From a virus (Duplodnaviria > Caudoviricetes): DNA of 28,876 nt. Both the position numbers and the translations under genes were made by a program. The stretch is from positions 1 to 28,876 of the IMG/VR virus record IMGVR_UViG_3300020382_000266, one strand, 5' to 3'. The notes below the pieces were generated by a model. The model had not been told where the DNA came from and did not search any database. It saw only the letters and a program-made list of their open reading frames with translations. The first letter of the stretch is position 1. Every line of letters starts with the position of its first letter. This document shows positions 8,702 to 17,475 of the stretch, in pieces.

Positions 8702-9145
8702 TTAGTCCGTCTCGCTGTGTTTACCAGTTAATGCGTATGGTATATTGCCATGATTATTTGCGTGTGATGGTGCAGTCCAACCTTCTGGCTTTACTAAGTC
8801 TGGAAGTCCAAGGGGATTTGGACGACCTTCTTTAACACCTACGTTCTTATTCATATTGGCAATATACACACGATCCCACGCTTCATTCTCATCAACACCG
8901 AATGCGTTTAATGTGCCAATGGCAACAACACATAGATCGATAAGACCATCAACTACTTCTTCTGCATCATTCTCTGAAAGAGCTTTATAAGTTTCATCTA
9001 ATTCTTCTGATAGAAAGTTGATTCGAAACTCTAAGAACTTTCGTAGTGAATCTGCGTTACCTTCTTTCATTTGTGTTAACATCCATTTATGAACACCATA
9101 CTTTGTGTGCATATTATGAATATCACTTACTAAATCTACTGACAT
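8702..9145 (-). CDS. MazG-like all-alpha NTP pyrophosphohydrolase
   Basis: EELDET...EEVVDGLIDL acidic metal-binding motifs; AWDRV..ANM.K and DLVKPEGW.AP tail. Confidence 0.85.
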   Translation of the reverse strand: MSVDLVSDIHNMHTKYGVHKWMLTQMKEGNADSLRKFLEFRINFLSEELDETYKALSENDAEEVVDGLIDLCVVAIGTLNAFGVDENEAWDRVYIANMNKNVGVKEGRPNPLGLPDLVKPEGWTAPSHANNHGNIPYALTGKHSETD

Positions 9146-9171
9146 ATATTATTCCTCTTATTTAAAGTACT

Positions 9172-9200
9172 ATTATAACACAATACAACTTGTATGTACA
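9172..9200 (-). promoter_or_regulatory. Early-type promoter upstream of MazG-like/prim-pol/denB genes
   Basis: TGTACA (9200-9195)-N17-TATAAT (9177-9172), extended -10. Confidence 0.88.
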
Positions 9201-9205
9201 CACAT

Positions 9206-11713
9206 TTAACCAAAGAATTCATCTAAAGTCGCCTGTGGTTCCACACTCCAACCGACCGCAGCAAAGATAGGCTCAATTGGATCGATAAAGGTTTTGCTAA
9301 ATTGCTTTTCATAGTCGACGTATTTTTCAAGGCCAAGCTCGGTAGGCATATAGTCAGGAAACGATATGACGTTTTCACGCATACTGTTTGGCAACTTAAG
9401 ATAACAGAACTTGATCTTTTCGCCGTTCTTGATGGCAGGATACTTTTTATCTAGCTTTGCCTGTTTGACATAGTAGTTATACAGTAAAGAACCTCTGACA
9501 TGGATTGGTGTACCTTTGCCATAGATCGTTGCATTGTTTTTCCACTTGACAATATCGCTTACGCCACGAGGGAAAGAGATCTCTTCGATACTACAATTAA
9601 CAAATTCAGACTTAAACCTTTGAACTGCCCGCTGAGTAGAACCTTCGTCACCGGATATAATAACTTTAAATATGTCACGCAACGCATTACGGCAGACTTC
9701 AGGAGTGGAAGATTTGATTGCTTCGATACCCATGATCTTGAGTTTTGGTGTTGCATACTGAACACCTTCGTTGTTATGCACATTTAATATATAACGCTTC
9801 TTTGCAGTCCAGATGCCTTTGTCAGCAATAGCTTCTCGAGCCATAACCATACGAGGGACATATGAATTAGTCACATTATGTAGTTGCTTATAGGTATCAT
9901 CAATAACCGGAATAAAGGAAGTCTCGGCAATCTTATCAAGGAACTTAACTGGATTAACAGGCTTAAACTTCTGAACGATCTTATTCATATTAACATAGAT
10001 CGAGTCTGTGTCAATTGCAATAACATAGTCTTTGTCAGTCTTAAGTAGTTTATTCATGTGGGTATTGACAGACTTTTCGGCTAACTGAATTGCCAATTGA
10101 CCGCTTACCGTGATTGCTTCCGCAATACGTAAGTCAAAGTATCTGAACCATTGGTTACCCAAGGCGCCATACAAAGAGTTAAGCAAGATTTTGATAGCCA
10201 TTTGTTGGTTTTCATAAATCGATATGTCACGTTCTACGCGATATAACTCCTGCTTATTAGACTTGTCAACACCTTCCAGCTCTTGCTGAGATGCAAGCAT
10301 ACGCTTTTTAATGATACTACGTTCATCGTAATACTCTGTGATTATCCTTGGTAGGAAACCTTGACGACCTTTAGAGAAACATTGGCCGGTGGCAGCCATA
10401 GAATAGCCATCCGTATCGGAAGGTGAGTCAGCGTTAAGTAATGATTTGACGTCAGTGCCATATACAACTTTATCGACGATAGTCTCTGGAGACATATTCC
10501 ATTGGACGATTATATTTGGATATAATGAGTTAAGGTCAAATGACACTACCCAGTCGTGAAGACCTACTTGAGGTGCTTTAACATAACCACCGGCAAAACT
10601 GCTTTTAAACTTTTCAGTCATTGGCGGAATGATAATACCTTTAGAGGATAGATCACGGAATATAATGGCATCCCATATCGCAGTAGTACCCATGACGTCT
10701 TCGTAGTTAACACCGCCACGATATGCCATAGTCAGTGCGAGGGTGATTAGTCCCATCTTATCCTCGAAGCGGGAGATTAGCTCGGTGTCTTTAATGTTAT
10801 AGTCAATGAATTTCTGATAGTCATTTTCATACAACGAATGCAGAGAAGAGTATTCTTCATAGGAAAGCTTACGTTCACCTAGCACCACATAAGCAATATG
10901 ATCTAGCTTATACGATTCCTGTGTGCCATAAGAATAACCGAACTTTTTGAATAGATCTAGATAGTCTAATTGTGCGATACCCATGATAGACCACTTTTGC
11001 TGCTTACGACCCATAACGGTAGCTTCGCGAGCTTGAATGACACCCCACGGAGAAAGCTTTTTGCACCAGTCTTCGGAGCAAACTTGCATAGTCCTATTGA
11101 TAATATAAGGTATGTCGAAATACAAAGTATTCCAGCCAGTCAGTACATCAGGTGTATTGAGCGGATGAGACCAGTGCGTAATGAATCGAGTGATTAGATC
11201 ACGTTCATCGGTACACTTGATGTATTTGATTTCACGGTCTTTTAATAAAGCTTTGCTGACGTCATAATCGTGCAGACCCCACACATAATATATGTTGTCA
11301 ATATTATTAGTCATCGCAATAGAAATAATAGGATAACTTGCAGCAACAGGTTCAGGAAAGCCATCTTTTGAATATACTTCTATGTCGATAGACGTGACAT
11401 TAATTCTATCACGATCGAACTTAATGGTTTCAGGAAACTTGTCTTGGATGTATGCTACAGGATAATTCTTATTACCGTATAACATTTTAGAAGGGATATC
11501 GCCATACTGTGCTTCGTAGTCTTTTACGTCACGCATGGAGTCAAAGGTGCGAGGAGCTACGCGGGTGCCGTCAAGCACCTTTGCAGTTCCATCAGCTGAT
11601 TGTTGGTATAACGTAGGTGAGAACCGGTCTTTAGTCTCCACCTTGTTGTTGTCACGGTATCCACGATATAGGATCTTGTTACCGTAACGACTTACTGATG
11701 TATAAAATTCCAA
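9206..11713 (-). CDS. 43: Family B DNA polymerase (T4 gp43)
   Basis: Exonuclease DIEV, GWNTLYFDIPY and YNIKD; polymerase SFDLNSLYP, KILLNSLYGALGN, IDTDS and KKRY; C-terminal clamp-binding TLDEFFG; TTG start after GAGGAG. Confidence 0.98.
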   Translation of the reverse strand: MEFYTSVSRYGNKILYRGYRDNNKVETKDRFSPTLYQQSADGTAKVLDGTRVAPRTFDSMRDVKDYEAQYGDIPSKMLYGNKNYPVAYIQDKFPETIKFDRDRINVTSIDIEVYSKDGFPEPVAASYPIISIAMTNNIDNIYYVWGLHDYDVSKALLKDREIKYIKCTDERDLITRFITHWSHPLNTPDVLTGWNTLYFDIPYIINRTMQVCSEDWCKKLSPWGVIQAREATVMGRKQQKWSIMGIAQLDYLDLFKKFGYSYGTQESYKLDHIAYVVLGERKLSYEEYSSLHSLYENDYQKFIDYNIKDTELISRFEDKMGLITLALTMAYRGGVNYEDVMGTTAIWDAIIFRDLSSKGIIIPPMTEKFKSSFAGGYVKAPQVGLHDWVVSFDLNSLYPNIIVQWNMSPETIVDKVVYGTDVKSLLNADSPSDTDGYSMAATGQCFSKGRQGFLPRIITEYYDERSIIKKRMLASQQELEGVDKSNKQELYRVERDISIYENQQMAIKILLNSLYGALGNQWFRYFDLRIAEAITVSGQLAIQLAEKSVNTHMNKLLKTDKDYVIAIDTDSIYVNMNKIVQKFKPVNPVKFLDKIAETSFIPVIDDTYKQLHNVTNSYVPRMVMAREAIADKGIWTAKKRYILNVHNNEGVQYATPKLKIMGIEAIKSSTPEVCRNALRDIFKVIISGDEGSTQRAVQRFKSEFVNCSIEEISFPRGVSDIVKWKNNATIYGKGTPIHVRGSLLYNYYVKQAKLDKKYPAIKNGEKIKFCYLKLPNSMRENVISFPDYMPTELGLEKYVDYEKQFSKTFIDPIEPIFAAVGWSVEPQATLDEFFG

Positions 11714-11743
11714 AGGTACTCCTCACTTGATGCATAATATATT

Positions 11744-11772
11744 ATTATAACACGATTCCACGCCATTGTACA
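11744..11772 (-). promoter_or_regulatory. Early-type promoter upstream of gene 43
   Basis: TGTACA (11772-11767)-N17-TATAAT (11749-11744), extended -10. Confidence 0.88.
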
Positions 11773-11780
11773 ACTTTATT

Positions 11781-12020
11781 TTATACAGTTGCAGGTGCTG
11801 CAGTATCGTTACTACTAGTCCTCTTTTTGCTGGTATGGTCACGGATAGGTGCATCTGGTGAACCCCATATAGTACGTGCTTCCACACGCATGTCGACCAT
11901 ATTCTTCTGGTGATTAGTATGTACATTTACCATTGTACGCTTACCATTTTTCCAGCTCATTACTTTACGCAACATTTTATTTGCTTCTTTTAGTGCGTCA
12001 ATTCGATCTTGTGCTTGCAT
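11781..12020 (-). CDS. Hypothetical protein
   Basis: 79 aa, AGGAAG RBS, tiles between neighbours on the coding strand. Confidence 0.65.
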   Translation of the reverse strand: MQAQDRIDALKEANKMLRKVMSWKNGKRTMVNVHTNHQKNMVDMRVEARTIWGSPDAPIRDHTSKKRTSSNDTAAPATV

Positions 12021-12053
12021 TATATACTTCCTTTCATTGAGGGATTATTCCCA

Positions 12054-12284
12054 TTAAATACTTCTGGTATCTTTAACACAAAAAGCTACTGTGCTAACTT
12101 TTTCATTTTTGCTTATAACAGTATAACCAAATACTTTACTTATGATTTTCTCTTGGCCAGGATCTTCAGCAATCTGTATAAGCGCTTGTCTACAAAGATC
12201 AAGCGACTTATACTGCTGCACTACTCTTGGAAGAGGCACTGTTTCTGAAGCATGTATAATCATTGCTATGAGCATAAAATACAT
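12054..12284 (-). CDS. Hypothetical protein with N-terminal hydrophobic segment and two Cys
   Basis: 76 aa, GAGGA RBS, signal-like N-terminus. Confidence 0.6.
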   Translation of the reverse strand: MYFMLIAMIIHASETVPLPRVVQQYKSLDLCRQALIQIAEDPGQEKIISKVFGYTVISKNEKVSTVAFCVKDTRSI

Positions 12285-12294
12285 AATTATTTCC

Positions 12295-12543
12295 TCAGGC
12301 TGCAGTCAGTAGAACAAACTTATCCATTAGTTGATCGTGTGTTTCTACATTATGCGGGTTTTTCGGTATACAGTCAACCGGACATACTTCAACACACTGA
12401 GGCTCGTCAAAATGACCTACACATTCAGTACACTTATCTTTGTCAATCTCGTATATTTCTTGCCCTTCGGATATAGCATCGTTAGGGCACTCGTGGAGAC
12501 ATATATCGCAATTAATGCAATCGTCGGTAATTATTAAAGACAT
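12295..12543 (-). CDS. yfhL: YfhL-family 2[4Fe-4S] ferredoxin
   Basis: MSLIITDDCINCDICLHECP and CTECVGHFDEPQCVEVCPVDCI are the YfhL/Alvin-type cluster motifs; strong GAGGGGAG RBS. Confidence 0.93.
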   Translation of the reverse strand: MSLIITDDCINCDICLHECPNDAISEGQEIYEIDKDKCTECVGHFDEPQCVEVCPVDCIPKNPHNVETHDQLMDKFVLLTAA

Positions 12544-12571
12544 GTCTCCCCTCTTAGTAATTCATATAGCT

Positions 12572-12600
12572 ATTATATCATATATAGTGCTGTATGTACA
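12572..12600 (-). promoter_or_regulatory. Early-type promoter upstream of the ferredoxin
   Basis: TGTACA (12600-12595)-N17-TATAAT (12577-12572), extended -10. Confidence 0.88.
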
Positions 12601-12615
12601 ACTATTTATAATTAT

Positions 12616-12813
12616 TTAATCATATTCCTCGGAGTTTTGTGACTCAATTAACCTTGCAATGTGCTCATCCATTTTAGGGCATTGAAGAAGGTGTTTATCT
12701 ATAAGTAGAGACGTATACATTTTACCACAAGCGAGGCAATCGTATACGTCAGTACCTTTATATATGGTATGCCTATTGTAAGGCGTTGCATCATATATGT
12801 TTGAATTAGCCAT
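12616..12813 (-). CDS. Small putative zinc-finger protein (C2HC)
   Basis: CLAC-x11-HLLQC spacing; overlaps the upstream ORF end. Confidence 0.55.
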   Translation of the reverse strand: MANSNIYDATPYNRHTIYKGTDVYDCLACGKMYTSLLIDKHLLQCPKMDEHIARLIESQNSEEYD

Positions 12814-13003
12814 TTCTCTTCATGTACAGCACTAGAAGAACGATAGAACTAATCGATAATACATAGATCCATACAGGAGAAAACACCCAGAACCATGATA
12901 ACGAATTACTGCCAGCTAGCTTAGTTACAACAGAAGCCAGAGTTATTACAAAAACTAATGCAAGTCCAATATTTGCTTCTTTTGTATTATTCTTCATATT
13001 CAT
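12806..13003 (-). CDS. Small two-TM membrane protein (WxWVxxPxWI motif family)
   Basis: Two hydrophobic segments with KLAG...SWFWVFSPVWI, a motif frequent in small phage membrane proteins. Confidence 0.65.
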   Translation of the reverse strand: MNMKNNTKEANIGLALVFVITLASVVTKLAGSNSLSWFWVFSPVWIYVLSISSIVLLVLYMKRNG

Positions 13004-13503
13004 AATCCGTTGCCTTTCTTATATGCATTAATACAACCAAAATGAAACAGCCATTTCGCTTGATCGTCTGTTAAATTCACATAATGAGCTGATCTACCAA
13101 GATTATTATCTGATAGATCAAGTTCACCTTTCATATTATGAATAAGGTAGTCTATTCCGCCATTGATTAATTGTATCTGTGCATCCACATTAATGTCTGC
13201 AGACTCTGATAAAGCTGGATCATCTTTACCAATATAACCAAGATCAAAATCTAGAGCGCTTTGCACAAGGTCGTCTGATGGATAATGAGTACTTGGAATA
13301 TTAGCCAATGGCTCAGTATCCATTCCCTGATCAGGCACCTGCTCTCTCCAACCTTGCTGCATATACTGTGCAGCTGTAGTGAATTTTAAATCTGAGATAG
13401 GAGCAGCTTCTGTACTAACAGTAAGAGCTAAATCCGCTTCATTAATGCCCATATCAACATCGGTCAATGTGTAAACTTCTTCATCATCTTTAATTCTATT
13501 CAT
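13000..13503 (-). CDS. Hypothetical acidic protein
   Basis: Long open frame; likely ATG at 13503 overlapping the upstream stop (ATGA), preceded by GGAG. Confidence 0.65.
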   Translation of the reverse strand: MNRIKDDEEVYTLTDVDMGINEADLALTVSTEAAPISDLKFTTAAQYMQQGWREQVPDQGMDTEPLANIPSTHYPSDDLVQSALDFDLGYIGKDDPALSESADINVDAQIQLINGGIDYLIHNMKGELDLSDNNLGRSAHYVNLTDDQAKWLFHFGCINAYKKGNGL

Positions 13504-14051
13504 GCTGCTTCTCCAAACCATTGTGGTATTTCTCGGCCAGTCCAAACCATCTTGAACCTCTCTTGTTTTGTTTTGTAGAATGCACGATACGACTTAATCG
13601 CATCTGTAAATATGCATTCGGGGTTTGAAGACATCGCCAACTTGAATGGCGTAAGACCACCTTGTGAAATATTCCTTGGTGGAGTTGCTAATTCTTCAAG
13701 TAACTTAACTTGAGTCATATGAACTTTTCCATATCTATATGTATATTCTAGGCAAAGCGCCTTGAAGTGATCATAGTGCCAATTGTAATTTGCAATAGAT
13801 TCGCGGGTCCATACAGTACTAGGATGATTAAAGTGACATGCTTTATATAGAATGCCTTCGCGATAATCATCTAGTCGCCAGTACTGAATATTAGATCCTC
13901 CTTTAGAAAGCCTACGTTCCATGCCGCCATCTAACATACGATGGACTGTTGATAACATTTGTGCAGATTCTACGATCATCTTTACAACGTGCTTATCGCA
14001 CTGTAACTGTGCTGCCACAATTGGATCGTTATCTAATATGAATATGTTCAT
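13500..14051 (-). CDS. Pyrimidine dimer DNA glycosylase-family protein
   Basis: MNIFILD.DP..AA...CDKHVVKMIVESAQMLST and H.NHP.T.W.R.S..NY.W signature. Confidence 0.8.
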   Translation of the reverse strand: MNIFILDNDPIVAAQLQCDKHVVKMIVESAQMLSTVHRMLDGGMERRLSKGGSNIQYWRLDDYREGILYKACHFNHPSTVWTRESIANYNWHYDHFKALCLEYTYRYGKVHMTQVKLLEELATPPRNISQGGLTPFKLAMSSNPECIFTDAIKSYRAFYKTKQERFKMVWTGREIPQWFGEAA

Positions 14052-14062
14052 ATACTCTCGCC

Positions 14063-14281
14063 TTAAACTAAATCACTATCCACTAAATAACTAACGACAT
14101 GCCATATAGTCCACATCGCTGCAATGGGTACTGCAATACTTTTAATTAGACCGTACACGTCACCTGACACTACAGCCGATATTACGATACTCGTAAAAGC
14201 TGTGCTAGCAATAACTAATGCAACTGCCTGACTTACTGTTGGTCTCCGAAACCATTTTGATACTACTGTCATATACATCAT
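14063..14281 (-). CDS. Hypothetical membrane protein
   Basis: 72 aa with two hydrophobic stretches, coupled to the upstream ORF. Confidence 0.6.
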   Translation of the reverse strand: MMYMTVVSKWFRRPTVSQAVALVIASTAFTSIVISAVVSGDVYGLIKSIAVPIAAMWTIWHVVSYLVDSDLV

Positions 14282-14475
14282 CCTTCAAGTTTAAACTGCT
14301 CTTCTATTGACTTTAACACTGAGTCAGATATTATAGAGATAATATGTTTTAGATCATTCTCACCGTCTAATATTTCTAGCTCATCGCTATAGTCTTTAAA
14401 TGCTTCGTACAAGCCTGTACTCACACCTTCTTCAATGGCAAGTGCCATAATTTTACGTTCTGGCTTTAACTTCAT
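14278..14475 (-). CDS. Hypothetical protein
   Basis: 65 aa, overlapping-gene tiling in an early operon. Confidence 0.6.
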   Translation of the reverse strand: MKLKPERKIMALAIEEGVSTGLYEAFKDYSDELEILDGENDLKHIISIISDSVLKSIEEQFKLEG

Positions 14476-14650
14476 AAAATTCCATGTCCTTCATCTGAGT
14501 TACCACGCCATTTCGAATGACTAATTCTGCCTCGTACGTCATGCGTGAAATCATATACGATTTTAATGAATCCATATCACAAAACATTCTTTCATAACCT
14601 TCAGGCAGTTTAATAACACTAGGTTCAAGCTCGATAGGTATAAATGGCAT
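14453..14650 (-). CDS. Hypothetical protein
   Basis: 65 aa, TAATG stop/start coupling at 14650. Confidence 0.6.
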   Translation of the reverse strand: MPFIPIELEPSVIKLPEGYERMFCDMDSLKSYMISRMTYEAELVIRNGVVTQMKDMEFYEVKART

Positions 14651-14781
14651 TATAAAGATCCTTGTTTAAATAAAATTATTGTAAAAACAAAACAGTATCC
14701 GAGGGTTACCCATAGACCTGCTTCAAATATTCCAGTTGACTCGATCTCGCGTACAGACATAAGTATTGCTTGATGATCCAT
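14650..14781 (-). CDS. Small single-TM protein
   Basis: 43 aa from ATG 14781 (AGGA RBS), first gene after the promoter; the longer ORF-track start runs through the promoter itself. Confidence 0.55.
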   Translation of the reverse strand: MDHQAILMSVREIESTGIFEAGLWVTLGYCFVFTIILFKQGSL

Positions 14782-14814
14782 AATATTTCCTGTTTTTCTC
14801 AATTCGTATATAGT

Positions 14815-14843
14815 ATTATACCACACCACATACAAAATGTACA
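14815..14843 (-). promoter_or_regulatory. Early-type promoter
   Basis: TGTACA (14843-14838)-N17-TATAAT (14820-14815), extended -10. Confidence 0.88.
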
Positions 14844-14870
14844 CAGTCTTTTTGTAAAGAATTGTAAATA

Positions 14871-15974
14871 CTAATCATCTCTTTCTGATGTGCCATAATC
14901 GATTACGACTGGAAATCTTGGTATACCATCAACTGATATTTCAAAATAGCGTAGAGTTGCCCATGTCGGTGTCGTATCTGTTAGGAGTAGCTTACTTAAT
15001 TCATCCATATTACCACGAACACCTGCGTTGAACATTAGTCCCTCTGCAGTCTGTAGGTTAAATCGCTTGACACAATTCTTCCAATTACCTTGACCTTCCT
15101 CTATACCTAAAACTTTAAACTCTTCGGTGATAAACTCTTTACGCTTTAATAAATTCTTTGAACGTTTGTTCTGATACTCACCATTGATACGAATCATTTG
15201 ACCTTCGTATCCGCATTTAATATATTCTCCATAGACGCCGTTTAGTTCATCCTGATTCTCAATGTACGAACAAGGTACACGTTGAATGCAGCACTTACCA
15301 ATAGCTCTTACGATGCCAATGTATACCGTTTGGCGAACTTGAAATATGCCATCGTTTCCGGTATCATAGACATGAAACTGTACTAGCTTCTTTGATTCTA
15401 TTAAGTCTTCTTCACTTGGCTTAGACTTACGTACTAATGAAACTATTTTATTAAAATCATCTTTGAGGTCATGATTATATAATTCTCCATCTAAAACAAG
15501 ATCAGGGAATTCCTCAAATATAGGAGCTAGTACTTCCCATATATGAGGAATAGCCATATGGGGCTTTCCTGAACGAGACCACAAACCACTCGCCTTTGCT
15601 ATACAACGTATGCCGTCTAATTTAGGCTGGGATATTACAGGGAATTTTAAAGGCTTTTTTAGTTTAGCATAATCGTGAGCAAGCATAGGTTTAAAACTAG
15701 TAAGGTCATCAATATCCCTAAGGTGTATAAAATAGCCCTTTTCAAGTTGTTTCTTATGCTGTGCATTTGACTCCGCAATTGCCTGTTCGTTTTCGTTCTT
15801 CTCATTCTTCCTACCTACGTTCTTCGGTTTGGCTGTTCGCCATTCAGAGACAACTAATTTGCCGTCAAGAATACCGGAGACCACACGCCACTTATCATTC
15901 TCAAATTGTGCGGTCCAACACCGGATCTTTCCAGTCGTGTCCCTCTTGTACAATGTATCTAGTGCTTCAATCAT
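14871..15974 (-). CDS. ATP-dependent DNA ligase
   Basis: QPKLDGIRC (KxDG), LDGELY, FHVYD, YEGQMIR, LLKRK and PRFP motifs; likely ATG 15974 after GAGGTGG. Confidence 0.95.
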   Translation of the reverse strand: MIEALDTLYKRDTTGKIRCWTAQFENDKWRVVSGILDGKLVVSEWRTAKPKNVGRKNEKNENEQAIAESNAQHKKQLEKGYFIHLRDIDDLTSFKPMLAHDYAKLKKPLKFPVISQPKLDGIRCIAKASGLWSRSGKPHMAIPHIWEVLAPIFEEFPDLVLDGELYNHDLKDDFNKIVSLVRKSKPSEEDLIESKKLVQFHVYDTGNDGIFQVRQTVYIGIVRAIGKCCIQRVPCSYIENQDELNGVYGEYIKCGYEGQMIRINGEYQNKRSKNLLKRKEFITEEFKVLGIEEGQGNWKNCVKRFNLQTAEGLMFNAGVRGNMDELSKLLLTDTTPTWATLRYFEISVDGIPRFPVVIDYGTSERDD

Positions 15975-16047
15975 GTTTAACCACCTCATTCGTGTTCATA
16001 ACAACTCGCCGTACATAGTCAGTTAGTTATTTATTGCTTTAATGATT

Positions 16048-16371
16048 TTATTGACTCATTCTAGCTATTTCTTGTGCTTCTTGCTGGCTTATTACAGGAA
16101 CTGCATTGCTCTTATGCATAGTTGCAATACCTAGAACAACATCACCTGTATAGATCTTTTTGCCTGGCTTAGAAACATTGATAGCTCCGACAGATTCTAC
16201 ACTTGGATATACGATGTCGTTAGGAACGTATTTCTTCATTGCAAGCCTGCCTGCATATCCAGGCCTTAGCTTAACTTTAACTGGCTTCATTGCACTAGCA
16301 CGCTGTAAATCATCAGCAATACGCTTTTGATTCGCAGCCCGCGTTGCTTTTTGCCTTCTCGTAGCTGACAT
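16048..16371 (-). CDS. Conserved basic hypothetical phage protein
   Basis: 107 aa; C-terminal YTG...LGIATMHKSNAVPV is a motif I recognise from T4-like phage hypotheticals. Confidence 0.7.
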   Translation of the reverse strand: MSATRRQKATRAANQKRIADDLQRASAMKPVKVKLRPGYAGRLAMKKYVPNDIVYPSVESVGAINVSKPGKKIYTGDVVLGIATMHKSNAVPVISQQEAQEIARMSQ

Positions 16372-16742
16372 TAAAGTTGATTATCCCAAGATATGTCCAT
16401 AACAGCAGTTGCTTTTCTTTGATCTGCAGCTTGCTGTATACGACGCATCCATGCTGGATTTACGTTTTCAAGAATTTGGACAGGTGCCCATTTTTCGTCA
16501 ATAGCCTTTGTGTAAGATTCTACTGTATGGTTCTTGATTAATTCTGTAAGAAAATTTGCCTTAGTGACAACTCCATAGTTGCGCTTAAAGCGTGCGATAA
16601 ACAAATCACGGCCAGTACCGACACGCGAAGGATGTGTGCCTGGGGTGTCTTCATAAACTGGACGACCAGGATATTCTGCAGTGTACATTAGGAATCCGCC
16701 ATGGTACTGAAAGTCTTCTCTATTAAAAAATGTCACGCTCAT
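16371..16742 (-). CDS. Hypothetical phage protein
   Basis: 123 aa, first gene after a promoter, TAATG coupling to the next ORF. Confidence 0.7.
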   Translation of the reverse strand: MSVTFFNREDFQYHGGFLMYTAEYPGRPVYEDTPGTHPSRVGTGRDLFIARFKRNYGVVTKANFLTELIKNHTVESYTKAIDEKWAPVQILENVNPAWMRRIQQAADQRKATAVMDISWDNQL

Positions 16743-16774
16743 AAGTTTCTCTTATTTCTTTATTTGATAGATCT

Positions 16775-16803
16775 ATTATACCATATAATACCCGCTTTGT
16801 ACA
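16775..16803 (-). promoter_or_regulatory. Early-type promoter with upstream GTTATA-N3-TATAAC palindrome (16824-16838)
   Basis: TGTACA (16803-16798)-N17-TATAAT (16780-16775), extended -10. Confidence 0.88.
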
Positions 16804-16878
16804 CTTTGTTTTTATACTATTTTGTTATAGCATATAACCTTCCGGAATAAGCGTATCACATGCTGGTATTCAATAAAT

Positions 16879-16886
16879 TATAAATA
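16879..16886 (+). promoter_or_regulatory. T4-type late promoter TATAAATA
   Basis: Exact gp55 consensus about 27 nt upstream of the first plus-strand island gene. Confidence 0.75.
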
Positions 16887-16912
16887 TAGGTATTAACATA
16901 TTAGGATAGACT

Positions 16913-17191
16913 ATGGACTTTTTGCAATTAATATCTGATGTTGGATTTCCTATTGCTGCAGCACTTGGCGGTGGGTTCTTTGTATTCACGACTTTAAAGT
17001 TTATCCTTGCCGGTGTGCTTGATGACATAAAGACACAACGTATGTTTGCCGTTGCACTTGATAATAGAGTTAAGACTATGAACAATGAGCTCATACGAAT
17101 TGACGTTAAAATGTGCCAGGCATTTAATATTAGGCCTGACTATGATAGGATTGCTAGGGCTGATGGCCAAAAGGATGCGAGGAAGGATTAA
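16913..17191 (+). CDS. Small N-terminal TM protein (GFPI motif), paralog 1
   Basis: ISDVGFPIAAALGGGFFVF TM helix followed by a coiled-coil-like LDNRVKTMNNELIRID; AGGA RBS. Confidence 0.75.
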   Translation: MDFLQLISDVGFPIAAALGGGFFVFTTLKFILAGVLDDIKTQRMFAVALDNRVKTMNNELIRIDVKMCQAFNIRPDYDRIARADGQKDARKD

Positions 17192-17475
17192 TGGATATAG
17201 CATCAGCGATTAGTCAATATGGCTTTCCTATTATTGCAGCATGTGGCCTCGGTTATTTCATCTATCATATATGGACATGGGTAACCGAAGAAGTTGATCC
17301 GGTTGTATCAGAGTCCCATATGACATTGATAGGATTGATTGATAGAATACGTATGTTAGACAATGATCTTATACGCCTTAATACTAAACTAGATATGGTT
17401 ATTCGACAACAGGAAAAAGATAATGAAGAGCTACCTGGTACCGATAGCGCTGATAATACTTCTGACTTACATTAA
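17191..17475 (+). CDS. Small N-terminal TM protein (GFPI motif), paralog 2
   Basis: ISQYGFPIIAACGLGYFIY followed by LIDRIRMLDNDLIRLN; TAATG-coupled to paralog 1. Confidence 0.75.
   Translation: MDIASAISQYGFPIIAACGLGYFIYHIWTWVTEEVDPVVSESHMTLIGLIDRIRMLDNDLIRLNTKLDMVIRQQEKDNEELPGTDSADNTSDLH

Noticed and set aside
1868-11197. Alternative-frame and antisense ORFs inside uvsX, the modification genes and gene 43 (e.g. 1868-2173, 2732-3028, 5139-5444, 6941-7330, 9500-9787)
   Set aside because: They lie within or across well-supported genes and promoters and have no recognisable motifs; shadow ORFs.
9206-11713. Intein, intron or split in DNA polymerase
   Set aside because: The ORF is continuous with all motifs at normal spacing and no insertion.
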